A DNA stretch of 64,000 nt from Octopus sinensis (taxonomy: Eukaryota), in contig NC_043001.1 of assembly GCF_006345805.1 (NCBI RefSeq), forward strand, positions 123,938,001 to 124,002,000, written 5' to 3'. The notes under the pieces are model-generated. The model did not search any database. It was not told the origin of the DNA and saw only the letters and a list, made by a program, of their open reading frames with translations. A program made the position numbers and the translations under genes. This document shows positions 52,670 to 64,000 of the stretch, piece after piece. Every line of letters starts with the position of its first letter. Positions within the stretch are counted from its first letter, which is position 1.

Positions 52670-53620
52670 TAATGTTAATGCCGAGACAAATTATTCGCTG
52701 GTAAATTTTCGGAAATAAAAAACTTTGAAGAATGCCAACAACGGTTCAAATGTTCAGATTTCCTGGTAAATAATTTTTCATTGAAGCACAACGGGTATTT
52801 CATATTATAACGGTAGGATCCATGCTTGAAAGGCGATTTGGCAGAATCGTTAGCACTCCAGGTAAAATGCTTAGAGGTATTTCGTCGGCTGTTACGTTCT
52901 GAGTTCAAATTCCGCCGAGGTCAACTTTGCCTTTCATCCTTTCGGGGTCGATAAATTAAGTACCAGTTACGCACTGGGGTCGATGTAATCGACTTAATCC
53001 GTTTGTCTGTCTTTGTCCACTCTGCGTTTAGCCCCTTGTGAGTAGTAAAGAAATAGGTAGGATCCATGCTTGAATGGATTTGCATTTTCAACGATAGACC
53101 GCTGGATTTTAAAAAGACCAGAACCAGTTTATTTTAATTTCCATACATAATTTAATTAACATGTTAGTGATCTGTTTAAGGATATTTAAAGAAAATTTTC
53201 TGTTGGTAAAATCTTGTTTTGATGAAGTTTTCTGTGGTTCTGTTTTAAGTTTTTTTTTTTTTTCAACAAGACTTTATTATTGATTTGAACCTTAGCCGTA
53301 TAAACAACTCCTTTGATCAGTCAATTACACTTAAGAAAGTAGTGAATTGGTATTTGAAATTACATTTAGCTTCATTATCAGATCCGTCAGGTTTGGCAAG
53401 GCTTCTATTGTATTATTAACGAACGGGGCGATGTTTTTGGTCCAAGAAGAATTTCAGGGTTCTTCAATTAAGAATACTTAAGTTACTTATATTCCTGCAG
53501 AAATATAGCTGAAGAAATAAAAAAACAAATCCGCTCCATTAGTCCTAGTTCTAGCTTTGCGAGATCTTCCTGGGTTATTTTCACTTTTAACGTATCAAAT
53601 CTGTTCGGCAAGTCCGCTTA
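52670..53620 (-). mobile_element. PLE GIY-YIG region, interrupted by SINE A
   Basis: Minus: KGVVYTAKVQ, TENFIKTRFYQ, NANPFKHGSY|..PLCFNEK..NRCWHSSKF. The reading continues across the SINE once one TSD copy is removed. Confidence 0.7.
52831..53055 (+). mobile_element. SINE family A monomer with a 19-bp TSD
   Basis: GGTAGGATCCATGCTTGAA at 52812-52830 and 53056-53074. Confidence 0.93.
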
Positions 53621-54631
53621 TTCCTCAGTGCGTCATTCTATAACAAAGAGGCAATATTAAAAGCAGCCTCATCCGATGACAAGCAAGAGAATCGCTTGCC
53701 TATGTTACTAATTTCCTAAGTGTACAAGCCGTGTAATTAGAACCATATTAATGTAGAATAGTTTTTTCTTAGGTTTACATTAAGGTCTAAAATTATCGGA
53801 TTGCAAGTCTACACTGATATCTAAGAAGTTGAAACTACTATGGTTCGTCCCAACCGTAATCAATAAATCTAGACTCAAGCAATAAGTTTCTTCCTTAGCT
53901 TACTGAGCTTATTCAGTCCTGTTATGGGCAAAAATAAGGCCGTCCCTCTGACGTCAACATTGACTTTTATCCTTGAGTGAGAGATAAATAAAATTACCAC
54001 TCTAGAAACGGTCAACAAGCTGAATCGTGGGAGCATCGGGTGGGTTTATTCATGGTAACTCTTTGTCCGCTCAGTTCAAATGTACTTATGGACAAAATAT
54101 GTCTTCCATCATTCCGGATGGAATAAATTAGATGACCTTCAAGAACTGTCTGTGTATTATCTATCTTCCTTTTTCCTGATTTAAAACCTCACCGTGATTT
54201 CCTTGGACAGTACGCTTAATCCGTTGCCTGGTTTAACACAACCACCTCGTCGTTGGATGTCTTTAGAGGAATCATTTTTAAATATAAGCAATCGTGCTCG
54301 GTTTGGGGTTTGAGGATACATTCTTTCTCACTTACCACCAGTCTCAGAGACCTGTATATGTGAATGGCATTGCCTTTTCCCGCAAGAAATAATATAAACA
54401 GCATCGTGGATGAAGGCAACTATCCAACAAAGCATGCATCTCGATGAAGATCAGAGGAGTAGAGAAAATTCCGTCCGTGCCATACGAACACAGCTGGCAT
54501 CCCATAGATTCTGTTTGTTTCTTATACTAGCGATTTCTTAATGAGTTCGATGCAATGAGTTCTCATTAAAAGTAGATTTACGTTGGCAAGTGAACTTTTG
54601 ATCTTTAATGTGCTTATATAAACGTTAGCTT

Positions 54632-54691
<60 letters not shown>

Positions 54692-54696
<5 letters not shown>

Positions 54697-55029
54697 TAGA
54701 TGTATTTTTATAGCGTGCTTTCACTTCACTACCGAGCGCAGCTCTGTGTGCCTTGGGTATGTGCTGTGATTTGTTGTGATGCTCTGATGGTTATTGTATG
54801 GAAAGTGTTCTGCGTAGGATGTGTGCAGTGCCTAGTAGTGCAATTTTCTGTATGTTATATGTGTTTGTAAGTCCTGGTGTTTTTGTTATGTATTTGTCTG
54901 AATATTTTTTATCATGCCTGATGCACCTACTATGATAGGAATCGTTTCTGTTTTTAGATTCCACATTCTGGTTACCTCTATTTCCAGGTCTTTGTATTTT
55001 GAAAGTTTCTCCATTTCTTTTAGAGACAC

Positions 55030-55032
<3 letters not shown>
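54692..55032 (-). mobile_element. R4/Dong subfamily F1 3' fragment inside a (TAA)n array
   Basis: Near-identical to 37270-37610 (NVSLKEMEK..LLGTAHILRRTLSIQ* plus 3' UTR); (TTA)n on both sides. Confidence 0.92.
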
Positions 55033-55080
<48 letters not shown>

Positions 55081-55097
55081 GAAATTAACTAGACTAA

Positions 55098-55144
<47 letters not shown>

Positions 55145-55960
55145 TACACCACATACTATGTTACAAAACCAATGGTTTTGACGTGAAACAGTGTTGATTT
55201 GTTTATTACACGAGATATTATTGCTTTAGTGAAGCGTAATACTTGCAATTGATTCATAATAACTGGGTAAGACAATGTGGAGTCAGCAGAAGGTTTTTCT
55301 GAGAGTATAATGGGAAGGTATTTATATTCTGTAAATACTAATTTGTTACTTATAAACGACAGTTCATTCTCATGTATTACGCGATTTCATTGAGCGAGAA
55401 CCACTAAAGTATTTATTTTATTGGCCACCTCTCCAAAAAGGTAATGACAAAATACAACAAGGCTAAATTCGAATTAAGTCTGAAAATTCCATAATTAGGT
55501 ATACAAACCCATTTTTTCTTAAGTTGAAAACACTTTAAATCACTGCAAAACATTTGTTTCGAGAATTTAATGTTTCTGCTACTGCATCCTGCCATTTATT
55601 GTTGCCGTTGTGATAGAGATTCAGAGTATTATTTTTGTCACACCTAAGTTGCAAATAGTTTGAAATTTATATAAGTTCTCTACATATAATATACAAATGG
55701 CCTTAGTGAAAATGAAGATAAAAAAAAACAAATACCCTAGAGTTCACAGAATACTAACCAATGCTCTCTCAAATCACTTCCTACCGTCATAAAGTAGGTA
55801 GGACATATTGGAAATGTAGTTGTAGCAGACATACTATGCCTGAAATCAAGACAAAAAGGTTAGAGAGTGCTTCTGACTACCGTTCGGTTCAGTCATGGCA
55901 GAGCTGTTTGTTAACAATAGCAACAAGAGTCACAACATACTACTTTCATTTCTACTTTTA

Positions 55961-56396
55961 AGTCGGTGAGCTGGCAGAATCGTTAGCACGCCGGGCGAAA
56001 TGCGTAGCCGTATTTCGTCTGCCGTTACGTTCTGAGTTCAAATACCGCCGAGGTTGACTTTGCCTTTCATCCTTTCGGGGTCGATAAATTAAGTCCCAGT
56101 TATGCACTGGGGTCAATGTAATCGGCTTAATCCCTTTGTCTGTCCTTGCTTATCCCTCTATGTTTAGCCCCTTGTGGGCAATAAAAAAATAAGAAACGTT
56201 AGCACACCGGGCAAAATGCTTAGCGGTATTTCGTCAGTCTTTACGTTCTGTGTTCAAATTCCGCCGAGGTTAACTTTGCCTTTCATCCTTTCGTAGTCAA
56301 TAAATTAAGTAGCAGTTGCGTACTGTGGTCGATCTAATCGATTGGCCCCCTCCCCCAAAACTTTCTGGTTTTTTGCCTAGAGTACAAAAGATTATT
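55961..56396 (+). mobile_element. SINE family A head-to-tail dimer
   Basis: Monomer 1 at 55961-56192 ends ttagccccttgtgggcaataaaaaaat; monomer 2 at 56193-56396 ends ccctcccccaaaac...aaaagattatt. Confidence 0.9.
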
Positions 56397-58593
56397 GTCT
56401 ACTTTTAGTTAGCGTTCTTTGCAAATCTGAATCCTCATTTTGATGCAAGAAAAATAGAATTATTTAATTCTTATATTAGCGTAGCGGCACTCGACCTTAT
56501 GTAATTCGGCGATTCTTCCACATAATAGCATTTTAAAAACTCCCCCCACCTCCATCTCGTTTCACGAAAAAGAAAAAAAGGAAAGGAGAGAAAAGGTGGA
56601 TTATTACGCTTATTCTCATTTACAATCTCACCCAGTAAATGTGCTTTTTATATATTTGCCTGAATTATTGCCTCAGGTTTTAGATTTTTATGGAAATTAC
56701 TACAGAAGGTGGGAATGTAGATAATGATATTATATTGGGCCATGACGCGTCATTGGCTATATTTCTTCTTATATGTCATACAATGTTTTGTTCATTGTTC
56801 ATGTTTTCAGCCTAGCAAATACTTTATAACTTATTTAAAATATAATTATTTTAAATACTTCATGTGATAAAATCACAACCTCTCTAAACACTACCACCAC
56901 CACTTAGCATTCTTTTAACGTTTACCGTTCTATTTTATGACCAGGACGCCCAAGAAGACTCTATGTCCAGTTTAAGACCTACTGTAATCAAATCATAGAT
57001 ACAAAGTTGAATTACAATACTCAGTCGATTGGCGCTCGTGTTTGATTGTTACTTAATTTATGGATAATAAACAACAAGGACTAAAAATCTGTGCGATATG
57101 ACATGTTATCCTAAATAGACTCAGTTGATTGTGGAGAGAATTTGGTTTGGTACTCTGCTGTTTCTGAAACTCACAATAATAAATGTTTTTAGTAGCACAA
57201 AACATGAATATTCGAATAACGTCCTTCAAAACAAATTCTCAAAATTATTATAGGTTATCTTGAGCAGTATAGCCAATTATCTTTTAGATGTTATTTTATT
57301 AATTCATTGTCTAATCCAGATTAAAACGCTTCAAATCTCTTAGGTGATTTACAAGGAGCTAAAGATTGGCATTTATGTTTTGATAAATAGTGGGATGAAA
57401 TTCATAATAAATTACTTTGTTGGTATATTTGATTAATGGAACCACGTTATCAGACAAAATTTCCTTTCTGGTGACGGTTAATCCTTCTACGAAAAACGCA
57501 CTAATAAAGTTTGAAGAAGAGAAAAGTATTTGAAGATTTATATCATAAAAGATTAAGCTAATGATTTTTATCTGAACGCACGAAATAAGAAATCTAGTAA
57601 GACATAATTGATTGAAACGCAGATATAATGAGCGGACTTTTGTTCTTGGAACAACAGAAACGAGGCAGGAAAAATAAATGTATTTTACAAATTAAATAAG
57701 ACAGTTTGGTGGCACAGTCAAGTCTCAGATTCACTAAAGTTAAGGGTAGGACATTTGGTAACAAATCAGACCCCGGTTCAGCTAAAGAATTAGTAAAAGA
57801 ATTAGAACGCAGAACAAAATATTTTTTTTTGTTTTACTCTGAGGCCTGAGCTCGAATTCCACTGAGGACTTAAAATTCTTCCTGGGTCGACAAATGAATC
57901 ATTCCTTGACTCTAGTTTGGATAAATTGCTAGGGTTATGTTTGTGCTTGTCTCGGTTAGATGTGTTCCGAGATATTTTGGTAATGAAAAAATAAACCAAC
58001 AAAGCAAAAATAAATCTCTCAGTCATTGTGATCCACAGAAAGCATCGGCAACTGACAAACCACAGAATTGTTCCAACAGAAGACATTAAAATACGAGGAT
58101 AAACTATTTGTGATCTGTCTATCATCTTCGGTTTCGCTGAACTAACCCACATTATGCACCCTTATTTAAAGTATTTAACAGAAGTCAGAGCTGATACTCC
58201 TGTCATTCTCAGTCTGCTCTTCAAAGACAATTTTTCGCTGTACATTTTACCTCTTTGTTACAAAGTATATTCCCAAAATAAATCCTTTATTAAATGAATA
58301 TTGATTTTAATATTACCTTATAGCTGCGAGACAAAACTTATTGCTTGCAGCTCTCCTGCTATACCGTAGTAGTGAAACCAAAATTATCGCCTTCTGCTGT
58401 TATGGTACATCGTGGCAACTATATTAAAACTAATCGTCTTCAGCTGCCGAGAAAAATAAAATTTATGTGATATAAATAATGTGACAAGAAGATAACTTAA
58501 ACATGTAATATATGGGTGAAGAAATATCAGTAATAGACAGTAATAGAGTGTGAGTTAACTATATAAGAATATATATATACATATATATATATA

Positions 58594-58664
<71 letters not shown>

Positions 58665-58973
58665 TGTGAGATGGGTGCGTGTAGAATTCGAAGTTAATAA
58701 TGTAGACAGAGAAAAAAAAAGAAAAGATAGTGTGAGAAACAAAGCTAGATTGTGATTAGTTTATGGAATTTAAGAGAAATTGATTCCTGTGATATTAATG
58801 TGTATGAAAATTACAGCTGTCATCATAACCCGGACTGGTATGAAGCTGAATAATTAAAGAAGGTCAACGATAAATGACATTTACTCACTAATTCCTGTCG
58901 GTACATGACCGGGAGCTGACTAGCATCAATAAAGTACTATCTGCGGTTCCATTACATATATGTTCCCGCTACA

Positions 58974-58974
<1 letters not shown>

Positions 58975-59007
<33 letters not shown>

Positions 59008-59059
59008 AGTAGTAGTAGTAGTAGTAGTAGTATAGAAGTATTACTATTATTATTATTAT

Positions 59060-59094
<35 letters not shown>

Positions 59095-59142
59095 ATAATA
59101 ATTATAATGATGATGATAATAATAATAATATTAATGATGATG

Positions 59143-59186
<44 letters not shown>

Positions 59187-59210
59187 AATAATAATATAAT
59201 GATGATGATG

Positions 59211-59243
<33 letters not shown>

Positions 59244-59272
59244 TAATAATAATAATAATGATGATGATGATG

Positions 59273-59325
<53 letters not shown>

Positions 59326-59405
59326 TAATAATAATAATAATACTACTAATAATAATAATAATAATGATGATGATAATAATATTGATAATCATAAGAATAA
59401 TAATG
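58975..59405. repeat. (CGT)n/(TAG)n/(TAA)n/(TGA)n array
   Basis: Direct reading; contiguous with the tail of the SINE at 59405. Confidence 0.95.
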
Positions 59406-59615
59406 ATCCTTTCTATCAGCACAATGCCTGAAATTTGTAGGAACGCACTAGTCGATTAGATCGACCCCAATACGTAACTGATACTTAATTTATCGACCCC
59501 GAAACGATCAAAAGCAAAGTTGACCTCGGCAGAATTTGAACTCAGAACGTCAAGACAGACGAAATGCCGCTAAGCATTTTGATCGGCTAACGATTCTGCC
59601 AGCTCACCGCCTTCA
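59405..59615 (-). mobile_element. SINE family A with (ATT)n tail
   Basis: gtcgattagatcgacccc...gaatttgaactcagaacg...ctaacgattctgccagctcaccgcc; on its own strand it ends agaaaggatc(ATT)n. Confidence 0.88.
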
Positions 59616-59623
59616 TAGTAATC

Positions 59624-59671
<48 letters not shown>

Positions 59672-59672
<1 letters not shown>

Positions 59673-60181
59673 GTACCAGGCAGTGACTCTGTTGGCTTCT
59701 TATCTTAACTGATTGGCAATAGTATCATGTATATTGTTTTGTCTTCCTATAAAAGATGGGCTACAGCAAATATTCTGCTCAATATCACAGATTTTCTGGT
59801 TTGACCTTAGCCAATAGAACATGTCTTTTAGTGGCTGACAATATATGTATCTCTGTAGTGGGGGAGCGTCATAACCATGTGTTGAGACGAATTATTTAAG
59901 GTTTGAATATTTCACCTCTGAAAACACGGGTGTTCCGTTGAACATCCTTAAAGAACCCTTATTCAGGCACCATTTGCGCGGAATGGGCTACTCGACCTGA
60001 AAAAAATTCCAACTAGGCCCCACCTGCAAGGTCATACGCTTTTTGTCTTTTAATGAGATTACCATATCGCGCACATATGATTATGATGCATGTGCCTGGT
60101 GTACTATTATCAGACAGGTAGTCATGATGGGTATCCTGCGTTTCGTATATTTTACCCCAGTGTAACTGCTCTGTCACACAA
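59672..60181 (+). mobile_element. TAA-associated element, older copy
   Basis: (TAA)n-agtaccaggcagtgactc...ctgctctgtcacaca-(TAA)n. Confidence 0.85.
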
Positions 60182-60289
60182 TAATAATAATAATAATAAT
60201 AATGATAATAATAATAATAAAAATAGTAATAATAATGATGATGATGATGATGATGATGATCATCATCATCATCATCATCATTATTATTA

Positions 60290-60823
60290 TTGAGTCGTAG
60301 AGCAGCACATGCCATCAAAGTGGCGCTGGGGTACAAATATGAAACCACCCATCTGATAAGGCTACACAAGGTACATGCATCATATTCATATGTGTGTGAC
60401 ATGCTGAACTTTTATCAGGATAAACAGCGCACGACCTTGCAGCTGGGATTCAATTAGAATTTTCTTCAGTTCGAGTAGCCCATCCTACTCAAACTGTCCC
60501 TGAATAAATGTTATTTAAGGATGATGCAGGAAACACCCATATTTTCAACGCTGAATTATTCAAACCCTAAAGATTCCTCTCAACACGTGGCTTTGATGCT
60601 CCCCTAGTACTTTTTATTCTTGATCAGAGATGCACATACCGTCAGCAACTAAGTTACATGCTCAAGTTGTTAAAGCCAAGCAATTTACAAGCAAATCTGT
60701 GATATTGAGCAGAATTTTTTTCCGTAGCCCATCGTTGTTTTACACCAAGACAAAACCTGCACGGGTCAACAGTTCCTGTCATTTAAGATCAGAAGTCATG
60801 AAAGCTGCCTGATAGTGCATCAT
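60290..60823 (-). mobile_element. TAA-associated element, older copy, inverted relative to 59672-60181
   Basis: (TTA)n-ttgagtcgtagagcagcacatgccatcaaag...gatcagaagtcatgaaagctgcctgatagtgcatc. Confidence 0.8.
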
Positions 60824-60848
60824 CCTCATCATCATCATCACTATTATT

Positions 60849-60940
60849 AAAGCGGCAAGCTGGCAGAATCGTTAGCACGGCGGGCAAAATCTTTAGCGGC
60901 TTTTCGCACGTCATTACGATCTGAGGTCGACTTTTCCTGG
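60849..60940 (+). mobile_element. SINE family A (partial)
   Basis: gcggcaagctggcagaatcgttagcacgg. Confidence 0.75.
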
Positions 60941-61581
60941 TTTGTAATTAGATGAGGTTGAGTTATATTTCATGATTATCGTATATTGTGCTTTTCCGAG
61001 CTTTCAATTATTGTCGTGCAAGACTTCTGCTAGCGACTGTGGATTTGATGAAATCTAGAACACATGTTTCTGTTTTTAGTAAATAGTACTTTTTTTTTCT
61101 ATGGAAATTTTGATTTGAAATTTTCATTGATGAACGAATTTGTTTGAAATAATAATTATTCCACGGTCTGACGCATGCTGGGTATATGTTTCTCAAGCTG
61201 ATGTGAATAACTACGAGTGAGTAGCAGAAGGTGGTGTCTGGAAAAGCTGTTGAGGTATATATTCATGCTGGTCTGGGTGGTTTAAGGTGTAAAAGTTGTT
61301 TGATACACAAGCCGTTATATTACCGGTATTTCATCGATAAAACTTGGAAAAAGAAAACAAGGTGTCCTGCATTAAGACTTCTCCTAATAATGTTGAGATT
61401 GTTATAGGGTTGTAACTGGAGGAAGTAAACAGGGTAAGGTCAATGAGGTCAGTGGTGATAATATAGCAAATAATCAATCAGTCAGTCAGTTTGTCTGTCT
61501 GTCTGTCTATTTATCTATTTATCTATCTGTCTATCTATCTGTCTATCTCCCCCTCCCTCTCTTTTCGGTCTTAGTGTATTA

Positions 61582-61698
<117 letters not shown>

Positions 61699-61736
61699 TG
61701 AACATATGCATTCATATATTATTCATATATGTGTGT

Positions 61737-61772
<36 letters not shown>

Positions 61773-61843
61773 CGCAATAATACAATAAACATATACATAT
61801 ATATATATATGTGCGTATGTGCGTGTATATATGTATATATATA

Positions 61844-61876
<33 letters not shown>

Positions 61877-62293
61877 ATATCACATACGCACATATATATA
61901 TATATGTATATGTTTATTATATTATAGCGTTTCGTATTTCTGGATTCTCTTTTTAAAATTTCTATTTCTTGTTTACTGCCGTTTCCTATTAATTTCCGAA
62001 TGCCATTTGTGAGAGCTATTGTAGGATCTTGCATACGTTATAAGACTAACCCAGTTGTGAAAGTATCTCCGTAGTCTGATATATATAAATATAGAATAGT
62101 GTATGGTATGTTTTCTGGCAGTACAAATGTTTCCCGAATTATCACTACCTGAGTGCTCTGAATGCAACGAAAAGAAAAGAAAAAAAGAACTCTTCTGGTT
62201 CAAAAAATGTTTTAATGTCATTCGTGTTATATACCGAACATTTGGCTATTTTGATTTCATTATTACAAAATGCAATGTGTGTGCATATGTGCG

Positions 62294-62360
<67 letters not shown>

Positions 62361-63221
62361 CGCGTGTGTGCTCACCACACTACACGATGTGAGCAGACAC
62401 ACACATGGTTTAACTTGGTACACACACCACACACCCTCATGCACATTCCCCCAACCAAACGAGCACATAATATCTGAACACAGACTGTACATACATACAC
62501 ATTAACACACGCAACACACACACACGCACACATGCACACACGCACATACTCATATATGTAGTCTCTATTTAACTTCATGCATTTACTACTCTATCTCTCA
62601 TACATATTATCATATACTATATGCTAATATGTATACACATATCTACTCATATCTACCTCATATTATTTTCAACGATGGAAATAGCGACTTCGATCATCTC
62701 TTTCCATCGATATTCTGTGACATTTCAGCACTATCTTTTCCTATGGATCTCCTCAATATTTAGATCGTGAATCTACTAATCAATATCGTCATTTACATTG
62801 GACACTTCTTAATCCTTCAATCATCTGGTAACTAATAATATAGCCTGGATTAAGTATATTCCTTATTACTCCCTCTCCTAGCCAGCATGCGAATCTATAC
62901 TCAATGATAAAAGATCTATGTACTTAGCTATTCTAGAAACAGCTCTAAGAGACTTTACCTATTTGTTATAAATACTTCATGCTCTGTTTAAATTATGAAT
63001 TAAATGCTCTAAAGCGATAGCATATGTCTGGTTTGTTCATTCTCTGTTTTTAATATATACGTACCCGCTCAAGGATGAACCTCTATTTGCCATCTTTGAG
63101 AGGTAACTTCAATACTACCTTTTCTGAGTTGCACTTAAAACCAGTGGCAAACCAAACTGAACAGTTATATTTCATACCTATTAGTTTACGTAATCAAGTG
63201 TAAATTCTTTATATATAAGTA

Positions 63222-63707
63222 CAGGTGTTGGACAAAGTAATGGAAACACCTTGAAATTTCAAACAAATTAATTTTAATAAGGGGTAGGACCGCCTTTGGC
63301 AGTAATTATAGTTTCAATTGTATGAGGTATGGACTCGTACAAAGCTTTAATTGTTTCCAAAGGAATTTTTGTCCATTCTTCAGCTTAAAACAGTCTCCAG
63401 TTCTTGTAGCGATGATAGTGGAGGATAATAAATTCTTACCTTTTTTCTAAAATGCACCATAAATGGTCAATAATATTGAGATCTTACCTCTTCGTAAGTC
63501 CGACAAATCTTCCATTTTAATGAATTTTAATTACCTTCTTCTGGTGATATCTAAAAAGAAACAGCAATTTTTGAAATAATATATTGCGCAACATTAATAA
63601 TAAATGAAAAAACGTACAAATAAACAGCGTTTTGACGGTTTTATAGATATTTCAAAATTATGATGCTATAATGCTAGGTGTTTCCATTATTTTGTCCAGC
63701 CCCCGTG
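63222..63707 (-). mobile_element. Internally deleted Tc1 DNA transposon
   Basis: TIRs CAGGTGTTGGACAAAGTAATGGAAACACCT (63222-51) and its near complement (63676-63707), with TA on both sides. Minus strand encodes DLNIIDHLWCILEK and EEWTKIPLETIKALYESIP..AKGGPTPY* (Tc1 C-terminus). Confidence 0.88.
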
Positions 63708-63774
63708 TATATATAAATGCGTGTGTGTGTGTGCGTATGCATATGTATGTATATGTGTATGTATATATATGTAA

Positions 63775-63809
<35 letters not shown>

Positions 63810-64000
63810 CATATATACATATGAAGGGTTTAATAATACAGGCAAGAGCTTTCATATGCTCTCCTTATTTATAATAGGCTAAGAAATATTACCTCTAGTA
63901 AATGTATGAGTCCAGGTAATCTGAACTGAACAAGCTGTCACCAGTCAAACTAGTATATCCTTAGTATGGTTACCAAGTGAAGTAGGTATGTTGCTACAAC

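Noticed and set aside
58319-58445. Minus-strand AG...GT bounded 127-nt segment
   Set aside because: Stop codons in all three frames.
61130-61450. Possible further PLE RT remnant on the minus strand
   Set aside because: Only vague motif similarity (LIDLT, YIPQ); too decayed to call.

Overview
AT-rich, repeat-saturated eukaryotic DNA with no confidently identifiable host protein-coding exon. The SINE families and the very high microsatellite load point to an octopus (coleoid cephalopod) intergenic or intronic region; this is inferred from recalled repeat sequences, not from a search. Almost all ORFs in the supplied track are microsatellite artefacts or antisense shadows of decayed transposons. 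Content: at least three tRNA-derived SINE families (about 20 copies); several Penelope-like element (PLE) fragments; three subfamilies of R4/Dong-type RLE retrotransposons embedded in (TAA)n arrays; a further RLE element with a (CATA)-like tail; Tx1/L1, RTE and Ty3/gypsy remnants; two non-autonomous Helitrons; and a TA-flanked Tc1 derivative. Most interesting: (1) an about 550-bp non-coding element with fixed ends, no tRNA head and 8 copies, nearly always within (TAA)n, possibly a non-autonomous passenger of the Dong/R4 machinery; (2) two type-I hammerhead ribozyme folds with intact catalytic cores (5882-5969 and 51625-51717); (3) a SINE flanked by an about 131-bp direct duplication; (4) long inverted repeats able to form dsRNA. 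All coordinates and identities were estimated by eye.
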